A stretch of DNA of 63,555 bases, filler included, from Lenisia limosa (lineage: Eukaryota > Protista > Breviatea): assembly GCA_001655205.1 (NCBI GenBank). It is 9 parts of 9 records of this genome, joined end to end, with 100 filler letters (N's around TTAATTAATTAA, not from the genome) between each part and the next. Parts side by side here need not be neighbours in the genome. Positions count along the whole stretch, not along the records: positions 26,236 to 27,971 come from LPNZ01006369.1; positions 28,072 to 34,324 come from LPNZ01004216.1; positions 34,425 to 37,366 come from LPNZ01008313.1; positions 37,467 to 42,228 come from LPNZ01001142.1; 5 more parts are not named here. One strand, written 5' to 3'. Below, piece by piece: positions 26,180-38,149 of the stretch. Each line of letters opens with the position of its first letter. Within the stretch, counting starts at the first letter, position 1. The notes below the pieces were generated by a model. It was not told where the DNA came from. It made no database searches and saw only the letters and a list, made by a program, of their open reading frames with translations. Both the position numbers and the translations under genes were made by a program.

Positions 26180-26191
26180 TTAATTAATTAA
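26180..26191. other. Artificial scaffold linker TTAATTAATTAA flanked by Ns (1 of 8; others at 28016, 34369, 37411, 42273, 48749, 52140, 60845)
   Basis: The identical 12-mer, which has stops in all six frames, lies between N runs at eight positions. This is typical of concatenated draft contigs. Confidence 0.97.
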
Positions 26192-26259
26192 NNNNNNNNN
26201 NNNNNNNNNNNNNNNNNNNNNNNNNNNNNNNNNNNAAAAAAAGAAGCCCAGGCTAGTCA

Positions 26260-26860
26260 CTTCCAATCATTTTCTTCCCAGAATGAAAGGGTCTTTTCCT
26301 CTTTCCTTTGGGAAGAAGAGGAGTAAGACAAGGGGGAGTGATATCGCTGTTACTATTCAATTCTACATGGACGACCTGAAGGAAGAGATAAGAGGAGAGG
26401 ATGAGGAAAACGAAGAGGAGGAAGAAGAAAGATTTGTAACGCTGAAGTACGCGGATGACACCTTCGCAAAGAGCAAAGAAGAAGCAGAGACAAGAGCAAA
26501 GAAGATGGAAGAATGGTAGAAGAAACTGAAGAAGCACACATGAAGAAGAAATGGAAGATGACAGAAGGAAGGATAGAGAAGGAGATTACAGCAATGGAAA
26601 AAGAAGGAGTTCGTGAATGGAGAAGAAAGTTGTTTGCGGTATGTATGATTGATGGAAGGGAATACGGATGGGAGATGATGAAGAGAAGAAGTAAGGAAGC
26701 AGAAAAAAAAGTGAGATGAGGATATGGAGAAGAGTTTTGAGATTAGGAAGAAGTACACCAGAAAAAGCGATAAGGATAGAGACGAAAAGAAGGGATGAAG
26801 ATATGAGGATACTGTTGAAGAAAAATTGTAAACACCATTCAACCAATGCTTGAATTTGAT
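26260..26860 (+). pseudogene. Decayed non-LTR (LINE) retrotransposon reverse transcriptase fragment
   Basis: GVRQGGVISLLLFN, then a frameshift to FYMDDLKEE...VTLKYADDT (RT motifs QG.xSP.LFN and YADD). Downstream VLRLGRSTPEKAIRIET resembles the post-RT LINE region. Multiple stops. Confidence 0.8.
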
Positions 26861-26979
26861 ATAATTCTGTAGCATTTTTCTTCATTAAAAATATTGCCAA
26901 TCACACGGATAAAAGGTCAGCCTTACTTCACATGTGTGAGTCGACCACAAATAACTCACAAGAGGGCTGGTTTAGCCTG

Positions 26980-27640
26980 TGCAAGCAAGATATAAAGGTA
27001 AAAAAACCATCGCTTCTGGCAAAGAGTACGCGTGGATTTGTAGTCGTCTCACGTTGCCTAGGCTTGTTGAAGTGATTGCCACCCCCCTTCTAAGGGCAGA
27101 TCAAAGAGTAAACTTCGTTAAGAAGTCGAAATGCCCCGAACCAGAGCCAAAGACTTCTTCCCTGTGGAAAAGGAGTTCGCCACTGTTTCTGCTCTCTTAA
27201 CCATAAACAGATTGCAAAGATTATGACCGAAGTCAGGCCCCTCTTTCAACGAGCTGCTACAAAGGTATCTCAGTGAGCTTGATACTATCACTACCATCAT
27301 TATTCGTATTAATGTTTAGAGGACCAGAAGCGGGGTGAAGACGGCACGGAAGCTCAAGGACGTGATGCCATCCCAATGGAAGGATAACAGTGCTCAAAGG
27401 ATGCCACACTTGCCATGGGTGTCACCCTGGTACAGGCCATGGGTCTCTCGTAAGCAGGTGGTCTCTTGCTTTTTATGTTCAATTATTATGAATTTAACTT
27501 GTTAGAGCCCTACCAGTCCCCCAAGTGGGGTGCATGATATTGACTATGATGTACAACATTTCCTATTTGTTGGTAACGATGAGAAGATTGACTGACCACT
27601 TCAGGTTTTTTCAAGGAACCTCTTCTTAGTTCATGAGTAT
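26980..27640 (+). CDS. Exon fragments of an unidentified gene
   Basis: GC-richer blocks bounded by AG/GT, for example SLRSRNAPNQSQRLLPCGKGVRHCFCSLNHKQIAKIMTEVRPSFNELLQ. Frame and identity unresolved. Confidence 0.3.
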
Positions 27641-28276
27641 CCTCTGTTTTTTTTTGCTTGACAAAGTTTCACGATGATCGATTACATAGACCAAATTTCA
27701 TTGGCTGAAGCCCACTATTTTTTACTATGAATCTCAAGGGCTCCTCATGGACATCAAAACAATAATAATAATAAACAAAAAATCAAGGGGATCAAATCAA
27801 TAGTATTTCAGAACAATTGGAAGAGTGTTGCATAGTTTTTCACGTCTGCATACGGTTTGATACAATAGAATATGAAAAACAAAAAAAAAAATAATAATTA
27901 TAAAAAAACACTTTATATTATCACCCAAATTCTCGTAATCCACCCCGCCCCACTGTGACGCTGGGATGGCTNNNNNNNNNNNNNNNNNNNNNNNNNNNNN
28001 NNNNNNNNNNNNNNNTTAATTAATTAANNNNNNNNNNNNNNNNNNNNNNNNNNNNNNNNNNNNNNNNNNNNAATCAACTAGTATATCATATAGAGATGAG
28101 AAATAAAACAAGCTTGTATCTGGCTGAAGCCGTCACACCTTGACACACATATACAATAAAAATCAAAGACATAGACGAAAACAAACAACCAAAAAAAGAT
28201 AAACAAATAACTAACCCCAAACACAAATACAACAGAGAAAAATGAGGATTAGTAGTCTGAAAATGGCCCAAAGAGT

Positions 28277-29294
28277 GATTATGTTTCCCCGACCTGAGAG
28301 ATACGCCTTCGGGTACGGGGCCTAACGACGAAGCTTTCATGAAAGCCTGTCCGCACCACTTCGGGTCGTCTAGGGGGGGGGGGCATAGATTATTATAAAT
28401 AAAAACAAAAGAAATCAATTTTGGAATTCTCGATATCACATTTTTATGTTTTTCCCAATGGTCCCATTCTTATTCAGCTATTAGTGTTGGCTTTCTAAGT
28501 GAGTTGTGCCATGTAAGCATTTGAATAAGTACCATTCCTAGAGGTGGCCAATACTCACCTTTACTGACCTCGACAGGGATTTTATCAGGGCGAAGGGTCT
28601 TAGCTCCTTCAGAGAGCTCCTTAGAAATGGTTAAAATACCAAGTAAACTAACATACACTGGTGCTATAATAAAGTAAGCATATCATATTTTTTAATTTAA
28701 ATGAAACTCTTTTGAGAAAATGTAGAACAGAAAAATGAACAAGCACTAAGACCACATTCATACAGTTCCAATCATTATAATACATTTTCTCATTTTATGA
28801 TATCACCCCCCCCCCCCCNNNNNNNNNNNNNNNNNNNNNNNNNNNNNNNNNNNNNNNNNNNNNNNNNNNNNNNNNNNNNNNNNNNNNNNNNNNNNNNNNN
28901 NNNTCAAAGGGTTCAAAGGGGTTCGCTCTGTGCGGGTTGTGGCCGGACCCTCGCCCTTGCTTGCCTTCCACCAAGGCGCTCTTCCATGGTTGCGGTCAGC
29001 ATTGTGCTCCTTGACAAACTTCTTCTTAGGAGCTGGACGGGAGGGCTTGGAGGACTTGTCAACCTTGGGCTTAAAAGCCGACTCTTGTTTGGGTTTAGGG
29101 GTGAAGGAAGACTTAGCTGGAGGAGGCGCCTTGTTAAACGATTTTTGAGGGGGCTTGGTCTCAAATGAGGATTTGAAGGCGGGCTTGGAGGCGGTAGAAG
29201 GCTTTGGGAAGGTGCGCTTCTTCGGTTTGTTCGTTCTGACCTTCTTGACCTGAGGTCTCGCTTCAGCTTTCGCAATAGGTGCTTTTTTAACCAT
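28277..29294 (-). CDS. Protein with a Lys/Pro-rich basic N-terminus (possibly nucleolar or RNA-binding); 3' end unresolved
   Basis: Open from MVKKAPIAKAEARPQVKKVRTNKPKKR... for about 130 codons into a gap, with further exon-like blocks at about 28570-28620 and 28277-28355. Confidence 0.55.
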
Positions 29295-29502
29295 ATTGAA
29301 TCCAAAAGGCCCTTTTGAATTTTTTTTTTGGCAAATCAGTTTATAGATCACTTGATCAAGTCTGGTCCGTTAGCCTCGCTCAACTTCTTGGTCCGCTCTT
29401 CTTGGACTCCTCTTTCTATATAAAGATTCTTTTTTTTTTTTTNNNNNNNNNNNNNNNNNNNNNNNNNNNNNNNNNNNNNNNNNNNNNNNNNNNNNNNNNN
29501 NN

Positions 29503-32343
29503 TATTGCCTTGGGCATTGCTGCCCCTATTGTTGACGATGGTATGCCACCTGCTGACAGATTTCATGATATGTTTTTATTCTTTTCTACATACTTGTTTT
29601 CGTTTCTCACTCCTTAGCTTTCCTCAACGAAATCAACACCCGCGCCTCCACCTGGAGAGCTGCCCACAACCATCTTACCAAGCAGGAGTACTCTGCCGTC
29701 AAGCCTCTTCTTGGTGAGTTTTTGTCTTCTATTCTTCCACTCATGTTGACTTGATGAATATCCCTATTTTTGGGTTCCCTCCCCTTCCCGTGACTTCTTC
29801 CAGGCTCCATCATCCGTCCTACCGGATTCTCCGACCTCCCCGAGACCACTTTCATGACTGTCTCTCTCCCCGCCTCTTTCGACTCTGCTGAGAACTGGCC
29901 CGGCTGTGTTCACCCCATCCGCAACCAAGCTTCTTGCGTAGGCGTTTGGCATTATTTTGGCGCCATTTCTCATGTCTGGCACAATTGATCTCTTAGGGTT
30001 CATGCTGGGCTTTCGGCGCTTCTGAGGCTCTTTCAGACCGTTTCTGCATTCAGACCGGCAAGGACATTATCCTCTCCCCCCAGGTTTGCGAGGCTTTATA
30101 TTTATTACAACTTTGACTTATTTTGTGCTCCATTGTTTTTATTGTTGTCTCATGCTGACCCTGCAGGAACTTGTTGCCTGCGACCCCAATGACTTCGGCT
30201 GCCAAGGTGGCTACCTCGACAAGGCTTGGGAGTACATGTCCAAGGTTCGCATATCATTTTTTCACTGTTTTGTTATTCGCCCCGTTATGCTCTGTTGTTA
30301 TCGTCTTTCTTCTCTCCATCCTACTTTGACCCCCCAGCACGGTCTTCCCACTGAGACCTGCGAGCCCTACACTGCTGGCGGCGGCTCTGAAGGCCCTTGC
30401 CCCGACTCTTGCGTTGACGGCTCCGACAAGGTTCGATTTGTCCAATTTTGCTTTGTTATTTGAGAATCCCTCGTATTAGTTGAATGTGAATTTTAAAAAC
30501 ATCGTTCACACAGCAGGTTCTCTACAAGGCTAAGAATGTGCGTCAGATTGCTGACTCTGAACTCGCCATCATGTCTGAGGTCTACAAGAACGGTCCCGTT
30601 GAGGTTGCTTTCGAGGTCTACCAGGTCTGCTAAGGGATAACATCCTGTGCTTCAATTTTATTATTACTCACACTTCTCATTTTGTACTGCTTTTAACCAC
30701 CGCAGGACTTCATGGCCTACGCTGGCGGTGTCTACAAGCACACTACTGGAGGTCTCCTCGGCGGCCACGCAGTCAAGCTCACCGGATGGGGTGAAGAGGA
30801 CGGCCAGAAGTACTGGAAGATTGCCAACTGTAAGCTGCTGGCTGGTTTATTCTGATTTTTTGTCTTTTACTTTGTCTTTTCCCTTCTCCTCTGACCCTTA
30901 TAGCATGGGGCACCGGATGGGGAGAAGAGGGTTTCTTCCGCATTGCACGTGGCACCAACGAGTGCGGCATTGAATCCGATGTTGTTGCTGGAGACGCTGT
31001 TCGTGATACCGTCATCAACACTGCCAACGATGCCGAGATCAACCAGGTTTGTTTTTGCACCCGCCTTGATTTGGTTCGCTCAACAAAGTTCTTCTTACCG
31101 TTCAGGCTTCTCTCATCGACATGATCAACCAGTCTGGTGCCTTCCAGGCCAAGGCTCACGAGCGCTTTGCTGGCATGACTGTCAAGGAGGTCAAGGGCCT
31201 CATGGGTACCCGTCTTGGTCACGTTGCTGGCACCACTGCCATCTCACTCCACGCCAAGAACATCCCGGACTCTTTCGACTCTGCTAAGAACTGGCCTGGC
31301 TGCATTCACGCCGTTCGCAACCAAGCTTCTTGCGTAGGCTCGGGCTCTTTTCTCCTTTTACCTCTTTTTTCTTGTGTTTTTTTTTTGACTCTCTCCTAGG
31401 GCTCATGCTGGGCTTTTGGTGCCTCCGAGGCTCTCTCCGACCGTGTCTGCATTGCCGGCGGCCCCGATGTTGTCCTCTCCCCCCAGGCTCTCGTCTCTTG
31501 CGACGATGGTGACTTCGGCTGCGAAGGAGGCTACCTCGACCATGCCTGGAACTACCTTGTTTGTGGCGCGCTTTTTGCACATCATTTCTTCTCTACGTTT
31601 TTTTTTTTTTTTTTTTCCCGANNNNNNNNNNNNNNNNNNNNNNNNNNNNNNNNNNNNNNNNNNNNNNNNNNNNNNNNNNNNNNNNNNNNNNNNNNNNNNN
31701 NNNNNCCTCTGACGAGTGCTACCCCTACACTTCCGGTTCCGGCTCCGTGGCTCCCTGCAAGGAGAACTGCGTTGACGGTTTGTTGGGCAATAAATGCCGT
31801 TGCTTGAAACTCTCTCTTCCAATGCGACTCACTCTCCTCAGGCTCTGAGATGAAGCTGTTCAAGGCCAAGGCCTCCACTGTCGTTTCGCTCACCGACGAG
31901 AAGTCCATCCAGACTGCCATCATGACTGAGGGACCTGTTGAGGGTGGCTTCACTGTTTACCAGGTATGCCCCTTGTGCTGAATCCTCACTCTTATCTTAT
32001 CCATTTGCGTTTTCCGTCTTATTTATATTCCCACTTAAACCCCCAGGACTTCATGTCTTATGCCGGTGGTGTCTACAAGCACCAATACGGTGGCGTCCTT
32101 GGCGGACATGCTATCAAGATCACCGGATGGGGTGTTGACTCCGAGACTGGCCAGAAGTACTGGACCATCTACAACTGTGAGCGGGCTTCTTTTTCTACTG
32201 GGCTTCATCCAATCTTATGACCTTTTCTCACACTTTCAGCCTGGGGAACCGGATGGGGAGAGAACGGCACCTTCCGTATCCTCCGTGGCTCCGACGAGTG
32301 CGGCATTGAGAGCAACGTTGTTGTTGGCTCCGCTGATATTTAA
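29503..32343 (+). CDS. Tandem two-domain cathepsin B-like (C1A) cysteine protease polyprotein; start codon lies in the gap before 29503
   Basis: Unit 1: [19 protein letters not shown]|GSCWAF, GGHAVK, WKIAN|SWG. An in-frame linker [22 protein letters not shown]|ASLIDMIN follows with no stop. Unit 2: [19 protein letters not shown]|GSCWAF, GGHAIK, WTIYN|SWG, ending [13 protein letters not shown]. Confidence 0.93.
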
Positions 32344-32509
32344 ATGTTTCTGTTTTGCTCATGACCTTAAGTGGTTTCATGACTTCTACTTATTATAATG
32401 CAGTGTGTACATTATCTTTTAATTCGGCTTTACTGGTCTTTTTGAAACATCATGATCACTTTTGGCAAGAAACAAAACAAAAGCCCCCATGACTAGCTTT
32501 GTTGGTAGA

Positions 32510-32603
32510 TCTATAGTACATGTTCACGAATGCAAAAGGAAAATGGTACCTTTTGGTAAATCTATAGTACATGTTCACGAATGCAAAAGGAAAATGGTAC
32601 CTT
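32510..32603. repeat. Tandem duplication of about 42 bp
   Basis: tctatagtacatgttcacgaatgcaaaaggaaaatggtacct occurs twice. Confidence 0.8.
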
Positions 32604-34601
32604 TACAATATACTCCAAATAAGAAAAACAGAAAAGACTTAAAAGAAAACCCTAGCAGACTAATCAGAAATAAGCAAATGAAAAAATTAACAAAAACAGA
32701 CTATACGCCACGCGAAACAAAAAAGGCGTGTCGTGATTCTCCCTCAATCACAAAGGGTTTGCAGAAAAGATGAACCCCAGGAAGCCTTGTTGAAGGCATC
32801 CAGGGGGAGGGAATAAACTTGAACTCCGCCAACTGTTAGGTAAGGGAGGGTTGATACGAGTGGTGTAATATTCCCTTGGAAACATGGCCATCAGCTTGCT
32901 ACTCTTTACGTTTTTCTCCATTTACCAAGTCAACCCTCCCCCAACCTGTGAGCCACTGGACTTGATAGTCGACGCCAGAACGTGGATGGAGGATGTGGGG
33001 CATGACTGCTCAAGAGAACTGGAAAGGCTGACTGCGGGGCCCCAAACAAGGTACCTGGATAGGTCACAATCATAAGTGCTTCCGGGCAATCACGCTGATT
33101 TTAGTGGCAAGTAGAATGTACATTTTAGGTCTGCAGAACAGGCAAATTCAGGTCTCAGAAGTTGAGAGTTCCCGAGTCATTCCCATCATATCATACCGTG
33201 GTTTCAACTTGCCAACAAGGCTGGCAGAAATGGAGGCGGTGGCAATTCCGGTGCGCATACTGACACTCGGGAGATGGTGGACTTGATGNNNNNNNNNNNN
33301 NNNNNNNNNNNNNNNNNNNNNNNNNNNNNNNNNNNNNNNNNNNNNNNNNNNNNNNNNNNNNNNNNNNNNNNNNNNNNNNNNNNNNNNNNNNNNNNNNNNN
33401 NNNNNNNNNNNNNNNNNNNNNNNTCATTTGCAAACTGTGGTTTCCTTCGTAGCCTGGAAGGCCTAAAAAGGTCACAGAGTGTTCAATTGAACATTATGTT
33501 TCGCAGACATGTACAACCTACAAGTCAAAACAGTCAAATAATAAGTACTACTATACCATATTTTTGAGAACCACAAAAAACTCTCATATTCCACATACCA
33601 CCAAGAATGATGACAGAGTCGCCAATAGTGCCCCATTTGTAGAGTCCTTGATATCGCTCCACAAGGCTATAGGGGGAGGGTTAGGTATAACAGAACCTGA
33701 TTATTTTCATTTGTTGAAGGAAAGTCAAATTGATATATCGTCATATGATATGCGTACTTTTCAATCATAGTGAAAACGGAATTGAGGAACTGAATGGCAG
33801 CTTCAGGGTACTCTTTTCTGATCATTGCCGTGAAACCCACAACGTCAGCCTAGTTGGTCAGCAATCGGAGGTATGTAGCACTGTAGGAGGTTATCGACTT
33901 CACCTCATACCTGGAAGACCGTCACACTATTAAAGGTGTCGATGATATCCTTTCGAACCTTGGAGATGAAAACAAAGATTGTGGTCAAACATCGAAATAT
34001 TGACCTACATTATTGACATTTCTTTGGTACCTAGGGTACAAGAGGGACACCCACTGACTTTGTTACCCACACCGCCACTGGAAAGTGATAGTTCGCTGAT
34101 GATGTCATTGAGAGTGTTACTGCCTGTGCCCAGGCTCGATGAGATTTTGCCCCTCATTGTGCGTCGGTGGGTACCTGTAGGATGAATGCGGGTAATATAT
34201 CAACCATGATTTGAAGACAATGCCACAGAAACCAATGCACTTGAAGGCACATAAATAAAGGATTGACAAAATGCACCGAATAATAATAAAAAAATGTTTC
34301 AAGACGCAATTGGCTGAATACCCGNNNNNNNNNNNNNNNNNNNNNNNNNNNNNNNNNNNNNNNNNNNNTTAATTAATTAANNNNNNNNNNNNNNNNNNNN
34401 NNNNNNNNNNNNNNNNNNNNNNNNCTTCTGCAGCACCACATCCCATCGTAAATGGGAAAATTAATGAAACAAAAAGAAAAACACAAGTATATTTCGATGA
34501 AGCATATGAGCGTAAAGGTACTAATCACGAACCGAATAATCTGAAGCCCCAAACAAAACAAAAAACAATAAGTGCAATGGATAATGGGGGGAGGGGCATA
34601 C

Positions 34602-37350
34602 CTTCAGCAGTTCCACACGGAAGTCATGCGGGATGGTTGCGGCTGTGGGGATCTTGTAGAGCGACGGGCCCTATAAGGATAAATAGTTGAAGAAAAAAAA
34701 CAAAACAAAAAAGTCAAATATCAATAACTAGGTGTGCAGAGAGAGAAAGAGAGATTGTAATACAAGATACTGTGAAGAGCTAGGGGCCCTATAAAGGATA
34801 AAGGATTGAAAAAAAAAAAGAAGTCAAATACCAGACATTTAGAGGTTAAAAAAAACAAGATGGTGTGTTGAGGGAGAGTATCAAGGATGAATAGTTGAAG
34901 ACGCTCTAGTTTGGAATATTTTGTTCCAGGTCCATATTTCATTGTGTCTCAATACACAACTACAGTAACATAATCCGTAGGGCTTCAATTCTGTTCAAAA
35001 AAAGTTGCTCGATAAATCCTCGAAAACTATCGATATTTTATCGATCTTTTTCGAACCGAAGTAAAGCCTTAACAGCCCTTCCCCCCCCCTCTCTCACGTC
35101 ATTGAGAGGCTTGCCGTTGTTCCTCCATCTCAGCTCCTCCAGCGTAAAGAGACCCATGCCTTGGACAAACGCTCCTTCAACCTAGATTGTTAATGCTATG
35201 CTGGTCCATTTTGTTTATTGTAAATGTTGTTTATCAAGGTTTTATCGAGGCTAAAAATTCCTAAAATATCCCTAAAAATTCCCGAATTCGCGCTAACCTG
35301 TCCGATATCCAGAGCCGGGTTGAGAGAACGGCCAACATCCATGATGACGTCAGCACGCACTGGGTGGTACCTGGGGGTTTAGGGGGGATAATATATCATA
35401 TATACAGTGACCGGAATAAGTCCTGACCGATTTGCTATGTGATTTCCCAAGGAAAATAGGTCACTAATCCCGGTCACTACATCACATAGTAAATCGGTCA
35501 ATACTTACACCGGTCACTTTAGACNNNNNNNNNNNNNNNNNNNNNNNNNNNNNNNNNNNNNNNNNNNNNNNNNNNNNNNNNNNNNNNNNNNNNNNNNNNN
35601 NNNNNNNNNNNNNNNNNNNNNNNNNNNNNNNNNNNNNNNNNNNNNNNNNNNNNNNNNNNNNNNNNNNNNNNNNNNNNNNNNNNNNNNNNNNNNNNNNNNN
35701 NNNNNNTGAAGGGGGTGCCCTGGAGAAATAAGCAAGAAATGGAAAATAAAAATGGAGGAAGGGTAGCCCAAAATTAACTCTGTTGAGGGTTGATAACAAC
35801 AAAACAAACCAAGCCCAGGCCATCGCTTCTGCATCCCATCGGGGGGTCTGAAAAAGACCGTTCAAATATCGATATTATCGAGAAATTCGGTCTTTTTTGG
35901 GACCGGGGAACCCCAAATTATACCCCCCCCCCNNNNNNNNNNNNNNNNNNNNNNNNNNNNNNNNNNNNNNNNNNNNNNNNNNNNNNNNNNNNNNNNNNNN
36001 NNNNNNNNNNNNNNNNNNNNNNNNNNNNNNNNNNNNNGTGTGAGAGAGAGTAGGTTGTGTGTCTGTGTGTGTTTGAATGTATGAACGTGTGACAAAGACA
36101 CCCAAAAACAAGATATAAAAAAATAATTGTAAAACAGGCAGAAATAAACTCTGGTTCAATGGTCATACTATGGGCAATGTATTGGGTGGTTGTTCAGGCG
36201 TATGAAATGATTGAAGAAGCTTATTGAGAAGGGGTGTGGAAGTAAGCAAATACCTGGTTGAAGAAGCATGCAGAGGCAACTTCGGCAAATGAGGCGTCGG
36301 GCATCTTAGCTGGGGGGGGGGAGTAAAATAAAACGAAACAACAATAATAAAACCCTGGGGATCCACCCATTAAAAATATGATAAATACCAATACCAATAA
36401 TACTAATCCTAATAATAATACTACTACTACAAATATTAATATGAATAAATCCCTGGGGGCCCAACCCTTCATCGGCGCCATTCTCTTCTTGATCTTGTCA
36501 CAGGCCTTGATCACAGCCATGCAATAGATATCGGCAGAAACAGATGCCGCCGTAGAAATGACATTTGGCACAGCGTCAGTGGACTGTTGGAGGGGGGGGG
36601 GGNNNNNNNNNNNNNNNNNNNNNNNNNNNNNNNNNNNNNNNNNNNNNNNNNNNNNNNNNNNNNNNNNNNNNNNNNNNNNNNNNNNNNNNNNNNNNNNNNN
36701 NNNNNNNNNNNNNNNNNNNNNNNNNNNNNNNNNNNNNNNNNNNNNNNNNNNNNNNNNNNNNNNNNNNNNNNNNNNNNNNNNNNNNNNNNNNNNNNNNNNN
36801 NNNNNNNNNNNNNNNNACATCGCATTTTTGTACTCAAGGAAGACCAACTTTGATGAAATTACAACACAATCCCCCCCACAGAGTCATAGATCTTGACCTT
36901 CTCAATTTCGATTCCGAACTCGTGAGCAGCGACCTGACAGACCTGTGGGGGGAGTAAAACAAGGAATTTCGATGCAGTTTTGATAAAGGTGCTAATCACA
37001 AACCGAATAATCTGAAACTCCAAAACAAAAAAACAAAAACAAAAAAGCAATAACACGAGCAACCAACGCCAAAACTAGACAAAAACCAGTAAAATTGGAA
37101 AATTTAAGAAACAAAAAAGCCCAAATCAACTTTGTTGGCTGACAACAAAAAAAAAAAAAGAAAGAGAAAAAGAGATAACACAAAGTATCGAACCTGGAGA
37201 ATATTAAGGGGGGAGATGGAATGTTAATGAAGCATTAGAAATAGCAACAAAGTTAGCTCGGAATTTTTAGTGCCCTCTCAAACCTTAGTATGCAGTCCTT
37301 GACCCATTTCGGTACCTCCATGAGACACCAAAACCGATCCGTCTGTGTAC
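34602..37350 (-). CDS. XDH: Xanthine dehydrogenase / aldehyde oxidase, molybdopterin-binding C-terminal region (internal fragment)
   Basis: Exons YTDGSVLVSHGGTEMGQGLHTK; QVAAHEFGIEIEKVKI; STDAVPNVISTAASVSAD...AVIKACDKIKKRMAP; VRADVIMDVGRSLNPALDIGQ; VEGAFVQGMGLFTLEEL; GPSLYKIP. These are hallmark XDH/AO motifs. Confidence 0.92.
34979..35069. mobile_element. Palindromic MITE family A (about 90-100 bp), copy in an XDH intron
   Basis: TIR ggcttcacttcggttcgaaaaaag...ctttttcgaaccgaagtgaagcc around the core ctcgataaatcctcgaaaactatcgata. Related copies at 46698-46783, 49004-49096, 50529-50622 and 61303-61401; variant subfamily at 35843-35913, 42928-43024, 44943-45035 and 53010-53107. Confidence 0.8.
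35404..35487. mobile_element. Short TIR element family C (about 80 bp)
   Basis: acagtgaccg...gatttcccaaggaaaat(a/c)ggtca...cggt(c/t)act. Copies at 54275-54355 and, inverted, at 51841-51916. Confidence 0.65.
36985..37146 (-). repeat. Interspersed repeat family B (SINE-like; pieces suggest about 250-300 bp), downstream part
   Basis: tgtctagtttt(g/a)gc..ttggttgc...ggagtttcagattattcggtt(t/c)gtgatta also occurs at 43905-44003 (+) and about 34500-34560 (-). It adjoins the gttgtcagccaac motif of the upstream part. Confidence 0.7.
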
Positions 37351-38149
37351 CTAAGGGGGGGGGGGGNNNNNNNNNNNNNNNNNNNNNNNNNNNNNNNNNN
37401 NNNNNNNNNNTTAATTAATTAANNNNNNNNNNNNNNNNNNNNNNNNNNNNNNNNNNNNNNNNNNNNCTTGAGTTTTTGTTTTTTTGGCGTGTCTTCTTCC
37501 TCTTCTCTCTTTTGTTTCTATTTTCAAAACATATTACGTGTTTAAAACATTTACTACAACCTTGTAGCTTCTCCCCACTCTTCAAACACAATCACAGTGG
37601 ACATCTATTAGGACAGGCACAAAAAATACATTTTCTATACAATTATACTGGGCTAAATGTAAGTAACAGTGAACTGTTGCCCATTTTGAAATAAGATTTG
37701 TACCTGTGTCAAAAAAACAATTTCAGTCAAAAAAAATCGGGTAAAATCGGGTTCAGTGGCGGTAGCATATCTTATAGTATCTTTTAAGAAGAAAATGTAG
37801 GCTTCTTTGTCATTCCTATGTCGATGTATATGCATATTATGTTCATTATAATATTCTACACTGTTCTGGGTATCAAATATAGAAGACTCGGTAATAGAAG
37901 ACTCGGTACGATATAGAGAACCAAAAGACACTTAAAAATAATATTTGAACAGATAAATGGGTTTTTTTTTGAACTCTGGCCGAATTTTATGACAGCTCTG
38001 CCTGTCGACCTTGTCGCTTTATAAAACAAAACCTAATGTTCTATTTATCCCTTTCCAAAGGAGAGCGCAAGTTGAACTCTAGGCTACCTCGCCAAAAACC
38101 GATAAACTTACCACCTAGTATTTTCACTCTTTCAAACTTACTTTTTTTT

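Noticed and set aside
26180-26191. TTAATTAATTAA palindrome repeated eight times, as a possible biological motif, telomere-addition site or PacI-like site
   Set aside because: It is always embedded between N runs and has stops in all six frames, so it is an assembly linker.
26253-26900. Long minus-strand Ser/Phe/Leu-rich ORFs (for example 26363-26875) as membrane proteins
   Set aside because: They are antisense shadows of the purine-rich LINE relic.
33424-34324. Possible exons (Ser-rich, minus strand) downstream of the cathepsin gene
   Set aside because: No consistent frame or recognisable motif could be assembled.
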